Shown piece after piece: positions 1 to 10,800 of a DNA stretch of 64,000 bases. Source of the DNA: a virus; IMG/VR virus record IMGVR_UViG_3300020160_002696, positions 1-64,000 of that record; one strand, 5' to 3'. The translations under genes were made by a program, and so were the position numbers. Position 1 is the stretch's first letter; the number at the start of each line of letters is the position of its first letter. The notes beneath the pieces are model-generated. The model worked only from the letters and a program-made list of their open reading frames with translations, made no database searches and was not told the DNA's origin.

Positions 1-44
1 ACCTTTTACCAATTTTATAGTTGCTTTTTTACAAATTACTACCA

Positions 45-443
45 TTAGTCTAACATTGTTTTTTTAATATTACCTTTTTCTTTTAATTTCTTGAATGAAG
101 ATGGACAATCTTTAATACCATTTTGCATCCAATCTTGAAAATCTATATGTTCAAGGTAATCTTGTGCAGTTGGAATAAACCTCATTCCAAAATCTTCTAA
201 AATATGAATTTCACAAATATCTTTTACTGATACTTCTTTACCATCAGAGTTAGTAATGGTATATCCAAAAATAGGTATCATTACTTCATGGATCCAAAAA
301 GAATTATGAGTCAAAGACCTATGGCGATTATCAGAAATATATGCCTTTGAGCAATCCATTTTAATATGTATTTCTAAATAATCTTCTAATTGTCCACCAA
401 ATCTTCTTGCTGATGATTTAGAGTGAATGTGTGCATTTGCCAT
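45..443 (-). CDS. DUF6915-like conserved phage protein
   Basis: HxxSSxRRFGGxxEDYLxIH...D.SK...D.RHR...H motif typical of this family. Confidence 0.6.
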   Translation of the reverse strand: MANAHIHSKSSARRFGGQLEDYLEIHIKMDCSKAYISDNRHRSLTHNSFWIHEVMIPIFGYTITNSDGKEVSVKDICEIHILEDFGMRFIPTAQDYLEHIDFQDWMQNGIKDCPSSFKKLKEKGNIKKTMLD

Positions 444-447
444 TATG

Positions 448-588
448 TTATTTATTTTTTATTTGTTTATATTTAATATTTTCAAAGTCAAGATATTCCC
501 AGAAAAATCCAGCAGCACTTTTACCAGGCATATTTGGATTTAATACATTATAAATAGATGAATATGATATTTTTAATTCATTAGCTCT
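448..588 (-). pseudogene. Start-less NUMOD1-like (homing endonuclease HTH) fragment
   Basis: Manual translation RANELKISYSSIYNVLNPNMPGKSAAGFFWEYLDF...; in-frame TGA immediately upstream, no initiator before the motif. Confidence 0.45.
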
Positions 589-1000
589 TCATGGCATCTA
601 ATTTTTTTGTTAATTCTATTAGGTCTTCCTTAGTTAATTTACTAAGTATAAATTTAATTGTATCTTCTTGATTAGTAAAGTAGTTTAAGTTTTCTGATAT
701 AAAATCAACATAATCTTCTTGTTCACCTAATCCTAATGTTAATAATTTGTATTCTCTTTCAAATTCAAGACCTCCATTTACTAAATATTGACCACCAATT
801 TCTTTCAAGTCTTTTCTAAACTGGTCAATACTTATATCTCTTGGTATTTCAAACTCAACTGTCTTGTTAATATCATAATCAAAAGTATCTGCAATGTCTT
901 TGGACTCTTTCAAACCAAGACCACTTACTTGTTTTATAAGTTTTACAAAAGCTAATTTACTTGGTGTTTTTTGAACACAATTCATTCTTATCTTCTTCAT
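581..1000 (-). CDS. Ribosomal protein L7/L12 C-terminal-domain-like protein
   Basis: KLAFVKLIKQVSGLGLKESKDIAD matches the bL12 CTD signature KxxVIKxVRxITGLGLKEAKDLV. Confidence 0.65.
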   Translation of the reverse strand: MKKIRMNCVQKTPSKLAFVKLIKQVSGLGLKESKDIADTFDYDINKTVEFEIPRDISIDQFRKDLKEIGGQYLVNGGLEFEREYKLLTLGLGEQEDYVDFISENLNYFTNQEDTIKFILSKLTKEDLIELTKKLDAMKS

Positions 1001-1001
1001 A

Positions 1002-1637
1002 TTACATTACTCTTTTAGTAGCTTCATTAAATAAATAAGTGTCAATAATCTTTTGGTCAACTTTACATACTTGATTAAAAGTATCACCAAAAGCTGATGT
1101 TTCATCATTATAATTGTGGATTGTATAGTCAGATAGTCTATTTTTTTCAAGTTGATCCATTTCAGTCTTTGATAAATCATTGATTTGTAGTAAACCCATT
1201 TTAGTAAGTTGTTTACATCTACTAATTCTATCTGTATGTGAGGCAAATATACTGATACTTCTATCCATTTTTTTATCCCAACCTCTTTCAAATAAGATTG
1301 ATGAATGGAAAATAGTGTATATTGAATTTTGTTTTTTGTTGAACCTATCATAGGCTCTAAGAATATCAGGTTCAACCAATTTTAATACATTGTTGAACAC
1401 TTCTGGATTTTTAATTTCTCTGAAATTTAAGTAGTCACCTTGGAAGATTTCACTTCCTAATTCTTCTTTAATATCACCTAATAATTCCCAGTTGTAGTTT
1501 AATATAAACCTAAGTACTGTATCTGCATCAAATACAGGAATACCTATTTGTTTAAATAAATTTGCTACTCTAGTTTTACCAGAGTATCTATTACCAGAAA
1601 GTCCTACTTTTATCATTTTATCATTTATTTGTTTCAT
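1002..1637 (-). CDS. coaE: Dephospho-CoA kinase-like protein
   Basis: KVGLSGNRYSGKT P-loop, GIPVFDAD, ILFE, SDYTIHN; start placed at the ATG overlapping the upstream stop. Confidence 0.8.
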   Translation of the reverse strand: MKQINDKMIKVGLSGNRYSGKTRVANLFKQIGIPVFDADTVLRFILNYNWELLGDIKEELGSEIFQGDYLNFREIKNPEVFNNVLKLVEPDILRAYDRFNKKQNSIYTIFHSSILFERGWDKKMDRSISIFASHTDRISRCKQLTKMGLLQINDLSKTEMDQLEKNRLSDYTIHNYNDETSAFGDTFNQVCKVDQKIIDTYLFNEATKRVM

Positions 1638-1876
1638 TATACTATGCAATTTAGTTTGAATCGTGTATTGTTAGTTATTTTTTTAATCTCTTTTCTTATT
1701 AATTTCTTTTGTTGTTTGTTACAAGTTTGTGAAATTGGATATGGTTGTGATATTCTCAATATAATCTCTCTTTCAGAATTTTTTATTTGTATTTGAGAAA
1801 ACCAATGTGGTGCTCTAAAGCAATCCCAAGTATTGATAGCAGTATAATAAAATTGAATGTGTTCTGTCTTTTTCAT
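1637..1876 (-). CDS. Hypothetical protein
   Basis: First ORF after a Bacteroidota-type promoter; stop overlaps next start. Confidence 0.6.
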   Translation of the reverse strand: MKKTEHIQFYYTAINTWDCFRAPHWFSQIQIKNSEREIILRISQPYPISQTCNKQQKKLIRKEIKKITNNTRFKLNCIV

Positions 1877-1886
1877 AAATAGAGTA

Positions 1887-1917
1887 CAAATATATACATT
1901 ATATTAATCATTACAAA
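1887..1917 (-). promoter_or_regulatory. Bacteroidota primary-sigma-type promoter (-33 TTTG / -7 TATATTTG)
   Basis: TTTG-N19-TATATTTG ending 10 nt before the ATG at 1876. Confidence 0.7.
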
Positions 1918-1937
1918 ATTTTTTTATATAATTATTT

Positions 1938-2945
1938 ATGAAATACACAATTGAAGAATTGGGATTTGTCCTTTACAACAATCGATCAGTTAATGGAGTA
2001 GTAAAAAACTTTCTACCTACTGATATTAATCCACTGAAAATAATTAGAATTGAAAAAATCTTAGACAAAGTTAAGGAGAATTTTTCATCTGACAATAGAA
2101 TGGTTGAAGTAAATATTAATGAATTAAACTCTACTGCAGATGATGTCATTGTTACCCCAAAAGATTTAGAAAATCTAACAGACTTAATAATAGAAAACAT
2201 TGGTCACTTTAATCAAGATGAATTTGAATATCTTATTGGTAGAGGTATAGGTGAACAAACTATTTTAGAATATAAGTTATTAGGTCTATCATCTATTATT
2301 GACTTAGAACATCTTAAAATGATTGGTGCAACATCACACCCTGTATTAAAACAATTCTTAGATGATGGTATTGAAAATGGTGGAATTATTATTCCTCTTT
2401 TTGAAAATGATAAACTTGTTAATTGTGCAATAAGAAAATTAAATATAGGTAAAGATACTTTAGCTGAGAAGTTTGATCCACCAAGAACTAAAACATTAAA
2501 GTATTCATTGGCTTGTCCTGATGTTCCTGTTTGGGGATTAGATGATATAAATGAGTCAGAAGAGATTTGGATAGCCGAGGGTATATTTGATATGATTGCA
2601 CTTAGAAAGCTTGGTAGAAAGTCTGTAAGTTGTTCCAGTGCAATGTGGAGTGCAATACAGTTATATAGAATACTTGAGAAGAAACCTTCTAATATAGTAA
2701 TTGTTTCAGATAATGATAATGTTGGTTTAAGAGTATCTGCTACTCTTAGAGATTTCTTTGAAGATTATAAAATAAATACTAAAGTTGTAGTAAGTAGAAT
2801 AGGAAAGGATCCTGCAGAACATTACTTTCAAAAACAAAAAGGATTAGAAGATTTTATAGATATAGAAATAACTAATGATATGATTGAATTAAAGGTGGAT
2901 GATTCTTTTAATTTTATTAACTATTTAAAAAATAGAAATTTCTAA
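1938..2945 (+). CDS. Toprim-domain primase-like protein
   Basis: IWIAEGIFDMIAL, SDNDNVG (DxD), KDPAE; no N-terminal Zn-binding domain. Confidence 0.75.
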   Translation: MKYTIEELGFVLYNNRSVNGVVKNFLPTDINPLKIIRIEKILDKVKENFSSDNRMVEVNINELNSTADDVIVTPKDLENLTDLIIENIGHFNQDEFEYLIGRGIGEQTILEYKLLGLSSIIDLEHLKMIGATSHPVLKQFLDDGIENGGIIIPLFENDKLVNCAIRKLNIGKDTLAEKFDPPRTKTLKYSLACPDVPVWGLDDINESEEIWIAEGIFDMIALRKLGRKSVSCSSAMWSAIQLYRILEKKPSNIVIVSDNDNVGLRVSATLRDFFEDYKINTKVVVSRIGKDPAEHYFQKQKGLEDFIDIEITNDMIELKVDDSFNFINYLKNRNF

Positions 2946-2947
2946 AT

Positions 2948-2956
2948 TAATATATA
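2948..2956 (+). promoter_or_regulatory. Putative phage late promoter TAATATATA
   Basis: Motif recurs about 4-35 nt upstream of structural and leader-bearing genes. Confidence 0.55.
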
Positions 2957-2960
2957 TGTT

Positions 2961-3791
2961 ATGATAAAAAGATATAGACAATTTGTAAATGAGAGTATAG
3001 AAGATTATCTTCCAGCTAAAAAATCCTATACAAGAGATGATATTAGACAACTAAGAGATGATTGGGTTGAAGCTATAATAGAAATTTCAGAAGAAAATGG
3101 AGGTGCTAATTACTCAACATTGTGTAAGAGAAAAGATGATGATCCAGAACAAGATTATAGAGAATATCAAAAAGAAATGGATTCTAAAGGATTTAATTTT
3201 GATTTAATAAAGGAAATATTTTCAGAGGAATCTAACAAATTGATTGGTAAATGGGCATCAGATAGTTCTGATACAGATATATTTAGAGAGATTCATGAAA
3301 GTCCACTTGAAAATATGAATGGTGAAATTGATACATATTTATACTTTACTACTAAAAGATTAGGATTAGATTATAAGAAAGTTGAATTAGGTGGTCCATC
3401 ATGGTGTGGTATTGAGGAACCTGAAGAAGCAATTGTTAGATACTCATATGGTTATCATAAAACTAAATATGGTCAACTTATGATGGAACAATTAGGTATA
3501 ACCCAAGAAGATTTTGAATCATATGCAAGTAAAGGATTTTGTATACGTTTAATTGATAGTTGGAGTGATTTTTTCTCTGCTAGAATGGAAGATTATGTTA
3601 TTATAGAAGAAGATAGAATTGTTATATTTACTAAAAGACTATCAGATTATTTAGAGATTTCTATTGATGATGTTAATGAAAAATTAATTTGGTTTTTAAA
3701 CATATATAATTTTATTGAGTATGATATAACAGAAAATGAATTTCTTATTCATTGTGAATCTCTACAAAGATACTTTTTGAATGCTACTTAA
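2961..3791 (+). CDS. Acidic protein with capsid-targeting-like leader (MIKRYRQFVNES)
   Basis: Shared N-terminal motif; late promoter upstream. Confidence 0.6.
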   Translation: MIKRYRQFVNESIEDYLPAKKSYTRDDIRQLRDDWVEAIIEISEENGGANYSTLCKRKDDDPEQDYREYQKEMDSKGFNFDLIKEIFSEESNKLIGKWASDSSDTDIFREIHESPLENMNGEIDTYLYFTTKRLGLDYKKVELGGPSWCGIEEPEEAIVRYSYGYHKTKYGQLMMEQLGITQEDFESYASKGFCIRLIDSWSDFFSARMEDYVIIEEDRIVIFTKRLSDYLEISIDDVNEKLIWFLNIYNFIEYDITENEFLIHCESLQRYFLNAT

Positions 3792-3833
3792 ACTTTATAC
3801 TAACTTAATAGTATAATTCTAAAACAATTTTAT

Positions 3834-4943
3834 ATGATAATAAATTTAAAAAGTCAGACTGACCTTTCAGGTTTCTATGTAGTTTATGAAGGCTCAACAA
3901 ACTTGGAAAAACCAGGATGGTATGGAATTTCACACTTAATGGAACATTTAGTATGTAAATCATTTGACCACTTACAAGAAGATTTTGATAGAGATGGAAT
4001 AGACTGGAATGCATATACTTCATCTAATGAGATAGTATTCTATTTAACAGGACTTGATGAAAAAGTAAACAAATGGAAGAAGAAATTCTTAGACCTATTA
4101 ACAACTTTCAAAGTAACAAAAGAAGAATTTGAGAATGAGAGAAAAATAGTCCTTGAAGAATATATGGATTGTTTTAACGATCAAACACAATCACATATGT
4201 TAAACTTATCAAGAAAGTTATTTAATGATTATGATCCAATTGGATTGAAAAAAGACTTGGAAAATCTTAAATTTATGGATTGTCTTAACTTCTTTGAATT
4301 ACAATATTCAAAACCAACCAAAATTATAAATGTTTCAAAACATAAAGATTTTAATGATAAAGGTATTGACTTTCAAGAAAGACATATTACTAAAAGTTTA
4401 TCGTTTGGTAATCATAAGGTTGATTTAGAATTAAATAATGAATTTAAAGATAAGACATCTATTGCAATATTATCACCTGTAATTGAAGAAGACTTTGCAT
4501 ATGTTAACTTTATAAACTCTATGTTATCATTAGGACTTAAATCTCCTTTGTATCAAGAAGTCAGAGAGAAAAAAGGATTAGTATATTATATACATTGTTA
4601 TCAATCAAGAGTATGTGATAAAGGTATTAATGGTATATCCACTTTAACATCAAACAAAAACTTTAATGAAGTTGTTGAAGCAGTTAAGACTGTAATCACT
4701 AACCCTGATAAGTATTTAACTAAAGAAAGATTTAACCTTGTTAAGGAATACTACCAGGTAAGAAAACAAAAAGATGATATTAATAGATATGGTTCTGTTA
4801 ATCAGTGGATTAATCCAAAAGGTTGGTCTGTGTATGACATCTTAGATGAAGTAACCCTTAAAAAAGTTAGAGAAGTTTATGATAAGTATTATGACTTTGA
4901 TAAATTTTATATTTCATCTGATAAAAAAGAATTTAAAAAATAA
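3834..4943 (+). CDS. M16 family (insulinase) zinc metallopeptidase
   Basis: GISHLMEH (HxxEH), NAYTS, ERKIVLEE, SPLYQEVREKKGLVY. Confidence 0.9.
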   Translation: MIINLKSQTDLSGFYVVYEGSTNLEKPGWYGISHLMEHLVCKSFDHLQEDFDRDGIDWNAYTSSNEIVFYLTGLDEKVNKWKKKFLDLLTTFKVTKEEFENERKIVLEEYMDCFNDQTQSHMLNLSRKLFNDYDPIGLKKDLENLKFMDCLNFFELQYSKPTKIINVSKHKDFNDKGIDFQERHITKSLSFGNHKVDLELNNEFKDKTSIAILSPVIEEDFAYVNFINSMLSLGLKSPLYQEVREKKGLVYYIHCYQSRVCDKGINGISTLTSNKNFNEVVEAVKTVITNPDKYLTKERFNLVKEYYQVRKQKDDINRYGSVNQWINPKGWSVYDILDEVTLKKVREVYDKYYDFDKFYISSDKKEFKK

Positions 4944-4946
4944 TAT

Positions 4947-5672
4947 ATGTTAATTCCATATATTGGTGAAAAGACAAAATTTTCACAATTTATAACACCA
5001 AACATTCCAACTGACATATCTACTTATGTAGAACCATTTGGAGGTATGTTTGGTGTTTTCTTTTCTTTAGACTTTGATAAATATGCACATGTTGACTTTA
5101 TTTATAATGATATTAACAACTTAAACTATAATTTATTCAATCAGTTACAGAATAATAAAGATTTTATAGACTTGGTTAAATCTACCAAAGTAGATGAAGA
5201 ATTTTATAGATTTTCACTGAAAGGAATTATTACTACAAAAGATGATGTTCTATTGGCATTACAATGGTTAGTAATTTTGACTTGTTCTAATCCTTATGAA
5301 ATTGGTCAGGATTGTTGGAAAGGTGACAGAGATTTTGAAATATTCAAAATGAAACATAGTGCATATAAACCAAAGATAGATAGAATTACAAGTATTTATA
5401 GTGCTGATTATAAAGATATTATTAATAAGTATGATTCACCTGAGACATTCTTCTATGTTGATCCACCATATAAAGGTAAAGAGAAGTATTATATAAATCA
5501 TGAGTTTGGAACTGATTCACATAAAGAATTAGCAGAAATGTTAAATAACATTCAAGGTAGATTTTTACTAAGCTATTATGATTTTGATGGACTGAGAGAA
5601 TTGTATCATAATTGTAGATTTGAATTTAAGAAAACTATAATGGGAACAGAGTGGATAATTATGAACTACTAA
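4947..5672 (+). CDS. DNA adenine methyltransferase (Dam/D12 family)
   Basis: PYIGEK, YVEPFGG, YNDIN, FYVDPPY. Confidence 0.9.
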   Translation: MLIPYIGEKTKFSQFITPNIPTDISTYVEPFGGMFGVFFSLDFDKYAHVDFIYNDINNLNYNLFNQLQNNKDFIDLVKSTKVDEEFYRFSLKGIITTKDDVLLALQWLVILTCSNPYEIGQDCWKGDRDFEIFKMKHSAYKPKIDRITSIYSADYKDIINKYDSPETFFYVDPPYKGKEKYYINHEFGTDSHKELAEMLNNIQGRFLLSYYDFDGLRELYHNCRFEFKKTIMGTEWIIMNY

Positions 5673-5961
5673 TACCTAACTTGTATAATTTCTTATCTCT
5701 ATCATCACGTAGTTTATAGTTTTCTTTATATAATTTTCTTGCAGCACTTATAATTTCTTTGGCCTGACTTTTAGTTGGATTTTCAGTTCTGGTATTTGGT
5801 ATTCTATCATCAAAGTCCCAATATAACTCATTGTTTAGATAGACTATGGCCTTTAACTCTGAATGATCCTGACCATAATAATTTTTAATATAGTAAGTAT
5901 AATCTACTTGCCAGTTATCATTTTTAGATGTAAAGTAGAATGATGATTTAGTATGTTCCAT
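5659..5961 (-). CDS. Hypothetical protein with C-terminal RxxKL tag
   Basis: Ends LRDDRDKKLYKLGISSS; ATG start MEHTK chosen. Confidence 0.65.
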   Translation of the reverse strand: MEHTKSSFYFTSKNDNWQVDYTYYIKNYYGQDHSELKAIVYLNNELYWDFDDRIPNTRTENPTKSQAKEIISAARKLYKENYKLRDDRDKKLYKLGISSS

Positions 5962-5997
5962 ATTATTATAATAAAAATTATAAAATAAGTTTAAAAA

Positions 5998-6024
5998 GAA
6001 AACCACTCATTTTGAGTGGTTTTC
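5998..6024. terminator. Intrinsic terminator hairpin
   Basis: gaaaaccactca-ttt-tgagtggttttc with A and T flanks. Confidence 0.75.
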
Positions 6025-6026
6025 TT

Positions 6027-6596
6027 TTAGTAATTAGTTTTTACATATTCTATTAAGTCAGAAATATTATCTGAATTATAAATGTAAGGATGTTTATCTA
6101 ATAAAGATTCTAAGAATTTAACTCTGCCTTCTTTATAAGCATCATTTCCATATACTTTATATTCTTCATGAATTCCTTTTTCCCAATCAAGTAACTGGTC
6201 ATAGTTTCCATTAGTAATAACATTCATATCAAATTGAATAAAGTTATTTGATAATCTACTACTTGCTTCATGAGTTTTTGTATCTAAAATCATTTGTTTG
6301 ATGTCTTGAATGTCTTTATCAGATTTATTCTGACAACATTCTAAAAAGAAGTCAGCAGATTTCTCTTCATTATCTTGTTTCATTGGATCATAAACACAAT
6401 CATGAAAAAGAGCAGTGATTAATAACTTCTCATATTCTTTCTCAGAGAAAGCATGTGTATTTTCATTAATCTGGTCAATTAAATCATTTAAGTGATTTAA
6501 TGTATGATAAGAACGATGTGATTCATTCCACATTCCTAAAACTGTATTAACATCACATTTGATGTTCCATTTGTTTAATAATTCTTGTAAATTCAT
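6027..6596 (-). CDS. HD-superfamily metal-dependent phosphohydrolase
   Basis: HRSYHTLNHL, ALFHDCVYDP, NEEKSA, ILDTKTH, REE-like IHEEY. Confidence 0.85.
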   Translation of the reverse strand: MNLQELLNKWNIKCDVNTVLGMWNESHRSYHTLNHLNDLIDQINENTHAFSEKEYEKLLITALFHDCVYDPMKQDNEEKSADFFLECCQNKSDKDIQDIKQMILDTKTHEASSRLSNNFIQFDMNVITNGNYDQLLDWEKGIHEEYKVYGNDAYKEGRVKFLESLLDKHPYIYNSDNISDLIEYVKTNY

Positions 6597-6625
6597 AATA
6601 TTTATTATTTTTATAAAAGTATATA

Positions 6626-6760
6626 TTAAGATTGGTATACTGGTATATCAATAGTAGATAATAACTTTATAATTTTAGTTTTTCTTCTATTTGCTTTTGC
6701 TGCAATATTAAGATGTTTTTCTAAATTTTTTAGAACAGAATCAAAATCAGTTATCTTCAT
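6626..6760 (-). CDS. 44-aa peptide with RxxKIxxLL tag (not in ORF track)
   Basis: MKITDFDSVLKNLEKHLNIAAKANRRKTKIIKLLSTIDIPVYQS; fills the intergenic gap in the operon. Confidence 0.6.
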   Translation of the reverse strand: MKITDFDSVLKNLEKHLNIAAKANRRKTKIIKLLSTIDIPVYQS

Positions 6761-6761
6761 A

Positions 6762-7016
6762 TTACTTCTTTAAAATTAAATCAATTTTGGCTTCTCTTTC
6801 TTGTGCCTTTTCTCTTAGTAATCTTGCTTCTCTTTCCTGAGGTGTTTCTTCTCTTTTAGTTTTATAAGTACTCCAATCACTATTCTTCATATAACCACCT
6901 AAGAAATCATCAATACTATAAGATGATCCTAATTCCTTTAATAATTTATCATAGGAATGGTATTTATCAGTTTTGTAATAATCTTTATCAAAAAGATTGT
7001 TCCATTTTTCATTCAT
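6762..7016 (-). CDS. Hypothetical protein with C-terminal RxxKI tag
   Basis: Ends QEREAKIDLILKK. Confidence 0.7.
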   Translation of the reverse strand: MNEKWNNLFDKDYYKTDKYHSYDKLLKELGSSYSIDDFLGGYMKNSDWSTYKTKREETPQEREARLLREKAQEREAKIDLILKK

Positions 7017-7019
7017 AAT

Positions 7020-7736
7020 TTATAATTGTTTAGTTAGTTCAATGTATAATTTTTCCATACCAGTTGTCGCTGGTTCTTGGATATGTTTAAATTCTAATTC
7101 TCTGAACTCAGGAACATAAAAATCTTTATCTCCTGGGTCCACATAGTAAATTAAAGTATTGTATTTTGTAAGAAAAGGAATTTCATTTGCAGGTGAAACT
7201 TGCATAGAAGTTCCAATAACAATACAGATGTCACATTCTTCTGCTGCCTTTACTGCATTATTTACATTATCTTCATTAAGACCTTCACCAAACCAAACAA
7301 TGTGTGGTCTCATTTGAGAACCTTTTTCACATTTGTCACCAAGGTTTAAATCTTCTGTCCAATCATAAACTAATTTAGAATCAAGAGTTGATCTAACCTT
7401 AGTTAACTCACCATGTAAATGTATAACATTTGTAGAACCTGCTCTTTCATGTAAATCATCAACATTTTGTGTTGCAATGGTTACATCAAAATATTCTTCA
7501 AGTTTGGCAAGTAATTCATGTGCCTTATTTGGCTGTACTGTTTTAAGTTGTTTTCTTCTTTCATTGTAGAATTCTAATACAACTTCTTTATTTCTTCTCC
7601 AAGCATCTATGGTGGCAACATCTTCAATCTTGAAGTTGTTCCATAAGCTATCCTTGGAATCTCGGAAAGTTTCCACACCACTTTCTTTAGAAACTCCTGC
7701 ACCTGAGAATACTAATATTTTTTTTCTGTCTGTCAT
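7020..7736 (-). CDS. cobB: NAD-dependent protein deacylase (Sir2/CobB)
   Basis: SGAGVSKESGVETFR, TQNVDDLHERAG, HLHGEL, RPHIVWFGE, IGTS. Confidence 0.95.
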   Translation of the reverse strand: MTDRKKILVFSGAGVSKESGVETFRDSKDSLWNNFKIEDVATIDAWRRNKEVVLEFYNERRKQLKTVQPNKAHELLAKLEEYFDVTIATQNVDDLHERAGSTNVIHLHGELTKVRSTLDSKLVYDWTEDLNLGDKCEKGSQMRPHIVWFGEGLNEDNVNNAVKAAEECDICIVIGTSMQVSPANEIPFLTKYNTLIYYVDPGDKDFYVPEFRELEFKHIQEPATTGMEKLYIELTKQL

Positions 7737-7815
7737 ATTATATTGTATAAAGATAATTAAAAATAGTTTAGACTATTAATTTTTTTATATATACTAAAAA
7801 GTTAATAATAGTTAA

Positions 7816-10800
7816 ATGAATACATTTTCATCAACAAATATAATACAAAAAAACATAATTACCAAACCTTATCTTTTAACAACAGAAGAATTAACTCAAA
7901 TAGGTTCTGGTATTAATCTAGTAGGATATGATTTTTTAAAAACACTACCTGAACCAATAGATGAGACTATTGTAAACTTTAGATATGGTAATCCAAGTAG
8001 TCCAAGATTATTGAATTGGGTTGAACCATATAAAATAGCTGGTATTAACTATACTTTGTTTTATACAGAAGTAAATTCAGGTTTAAAAGTAAATGATAAA
8101 GTATTTATTATTAATGGTGCATATGATAGCAATTTACTAATTCAAGAAGATAAGTATAAAAAAGGTAGAGATGGATATAAAGTTCTCTTTGTAGATGAGT
8201 GTAGAATTGTATTGGATATAGAATTTAAGGGTTGGCTACCTGCAAATGATTATTCTGAACAACCAGAAGATTTTGATGATTTTATCAAAGTTTATTATAT
8301 TAAAGATCAAAATGACTTTATTCATGTCAATAGACAAGTAACTACAAGAGGTCAAATATTTGATTATAAATTTAATAAAAATCAAAATAATATTATATTT
8401 ACTGATATTGATTTTGAATCTATACCACAAGGTAGTTGGGGAGAAACATCAGGTTTGACAGGTTCACCAGGATTCTTTATTAAAGATGGAACATCAAATT
8501 GGATTAATATTAGTAATAATTCTATTACCGGTAATGATTTTATGAATGGCTTGTATTCTATTGCAGCAACTAATTCTAATAACAAAATACTTATATTAAA
8601 TGGTAGTTTTACTTATTCATATTCAAATGGTGTTATTGCTGAATTTAAGGAAGATTCTGTTTATTCTTGGAAATATGATTCAATATCAGGTACTTATAGT
8701 TGGTTAGTTAATGTTAAACATGAAAATAATAATCCACCAATAATTACAAAGTCTAACTTTAGAAGAGGTAAATTTGATGGTAAGTGGAATGGAGGACTTT
8801 ATGGAACTAGTGATGAAAGAATAATATGGAATAGCAAAACTGCAACTTGGAACTCAGGAACTTTATTAAATACAACATGGCAAACAGGTATAATGAATTC
8901 TTTCTATAGTCAACCAAGTAGTTATTTTGCAGAATTTGAATACTCTTTTGCAACTTCTTCAGGTTTCCCTTTTCAAAAAGTTAATAATCCAGATAATAAT
9001 GGTTATGGTTATAACTTTGTTATTAATTCAGACATTCAAAATGCAGTTATAAATAATGGTAATGTTACTAACTCAAAATTAGGAGCAAGTGCAAGTTCTT
9101 ATAATATTGTTGAAGAATATTTAAAAGAAAGTAATATTGTTGATAATTTTATTACAGATGGAATTACAGTAAATAAAGCACTCTTTGATAATTGTAAATT
9201 TATAAATGCAAATATTGAAAATACTGAGATTAGAAATTGTAGGGCAGAAAATTCAAGATTTAATAAAGTTAAATCTGTTAACTCACATTATAAATCTTCA
9301 TTATTTTTAAATTCAAATTATATTAGTGATAACATAATTAAAGTACTTGATTATGATGAGTTTACATATACTACTACTAATGACTCAAATGCAACTCACA
9401 AAGTTTATAAGTTTTATATTAATAAAAGAAGTTATGAGAAGTTCAAATTGAAAGATAGCTTTTATATAAAAGGAATTAAAGTAAATAATAATTCTGGTGA
9501 ACTATTAAACTTCTTTGATACTAAATTTAAAATAGGTCCTTATAAAGAGTATATAGATTATGATTTAGGGGTTGGATTTATAAAATTGGCAGTTGAATAT
9601 AATGCATTTATTTCTACACCTAAAGAAAATGAGTATAGATATTCAGTTGATAATACTGGAAATAAATTAGAAGATATTAAGGGTAAAGATTATTATTCAG
9701 TTGATATATTTGTAAAACAAAAATTTGAAGAAACAGGATTTGGTTCTGGGAATATAGATTATATAACATCAAACTCAGGTATATTCAATGATACATTTTT
9801 AGGAACTGGTATATTAGATTTCTCAGAAGCTTATATTGTAAACTCAGATTTTGAAAGTGGTATATTTGAGAACTCAAATTGGAATAGTGGAAATCATATA
9901 AATTATAGTAATGATAATAATATCACTAAAGATATATTAAATGGTGGTGGTTTTTATAGTTTAAGTTTAACTGGTACTAATAGTATTTCATTTTCTAACA
10001 CAATATCAATTGAAGGTATTGCAAGTGAAGTAGATTATGATTATTTGGGAACTGGTAGTGTTGTATTTTTAAATGCAGTTGATTATGATACAAGAGGAAA
10101 AGTTACAAGTTTTGTAATTGATAATCCAGGTTCTCTTTACACTAATGGTACATTTAGTACAAGTGGAGGTTCAGGAACAGGATTAACAATAAATGTTACT
10201 GCATCTACTATTGGAGCTGCTTTTGAGGTAGAACTTATACCTGATGGTGATGTTAATAATTATTATTATGCAAGTAGTGCAGGTGGTGGTTATACTACAA
10301 GACAAACTACTGGTGGATCCGGAACAGGATTAGTAGTGGAAATAATAGTAAGTAATAATAGTCCTCATTTTATTACAGATGTTACAATTTTAAATCGTGG
10401 TTCTGGTTATAATATAAATGATGAATTAAATATCTCTTTAGTTTCTATTAGTGGTGTTGATAATGAAGGTCCTATAAAAAAATTAAAAATTACAAGTATA
10501 TTAGATGGTGGTGTCTTAGTTAGCTCTACACAATCATTTCAAGGATTAGGTTATCAGATAAATGATATTATTACAATAAATGGTGGTAACTCTAATGCCC
10601 AAATAAGAGTAACTGGTGTTACTGGTTCACTAACAAGATTACCTGATGCATATAAAATTACAAATCACCAAATTACAGGAACAAATCAAATAATTGATTT
10701 AGAATCAATATATACATTTCCTAATTTATTGGAAAATGGATTGTTCCTAACTATGGGAGCTCAGAATAAATATGGTTATTTACATAGAACTAAGTTTAAT

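Noticed and set aside
2016-2072. LKIIRIEKILDK in the primase-like gene as a member of the RxxKI tag family
   Set aside because: Imperfect match, plus-strand gene and not terminal; could be chance.
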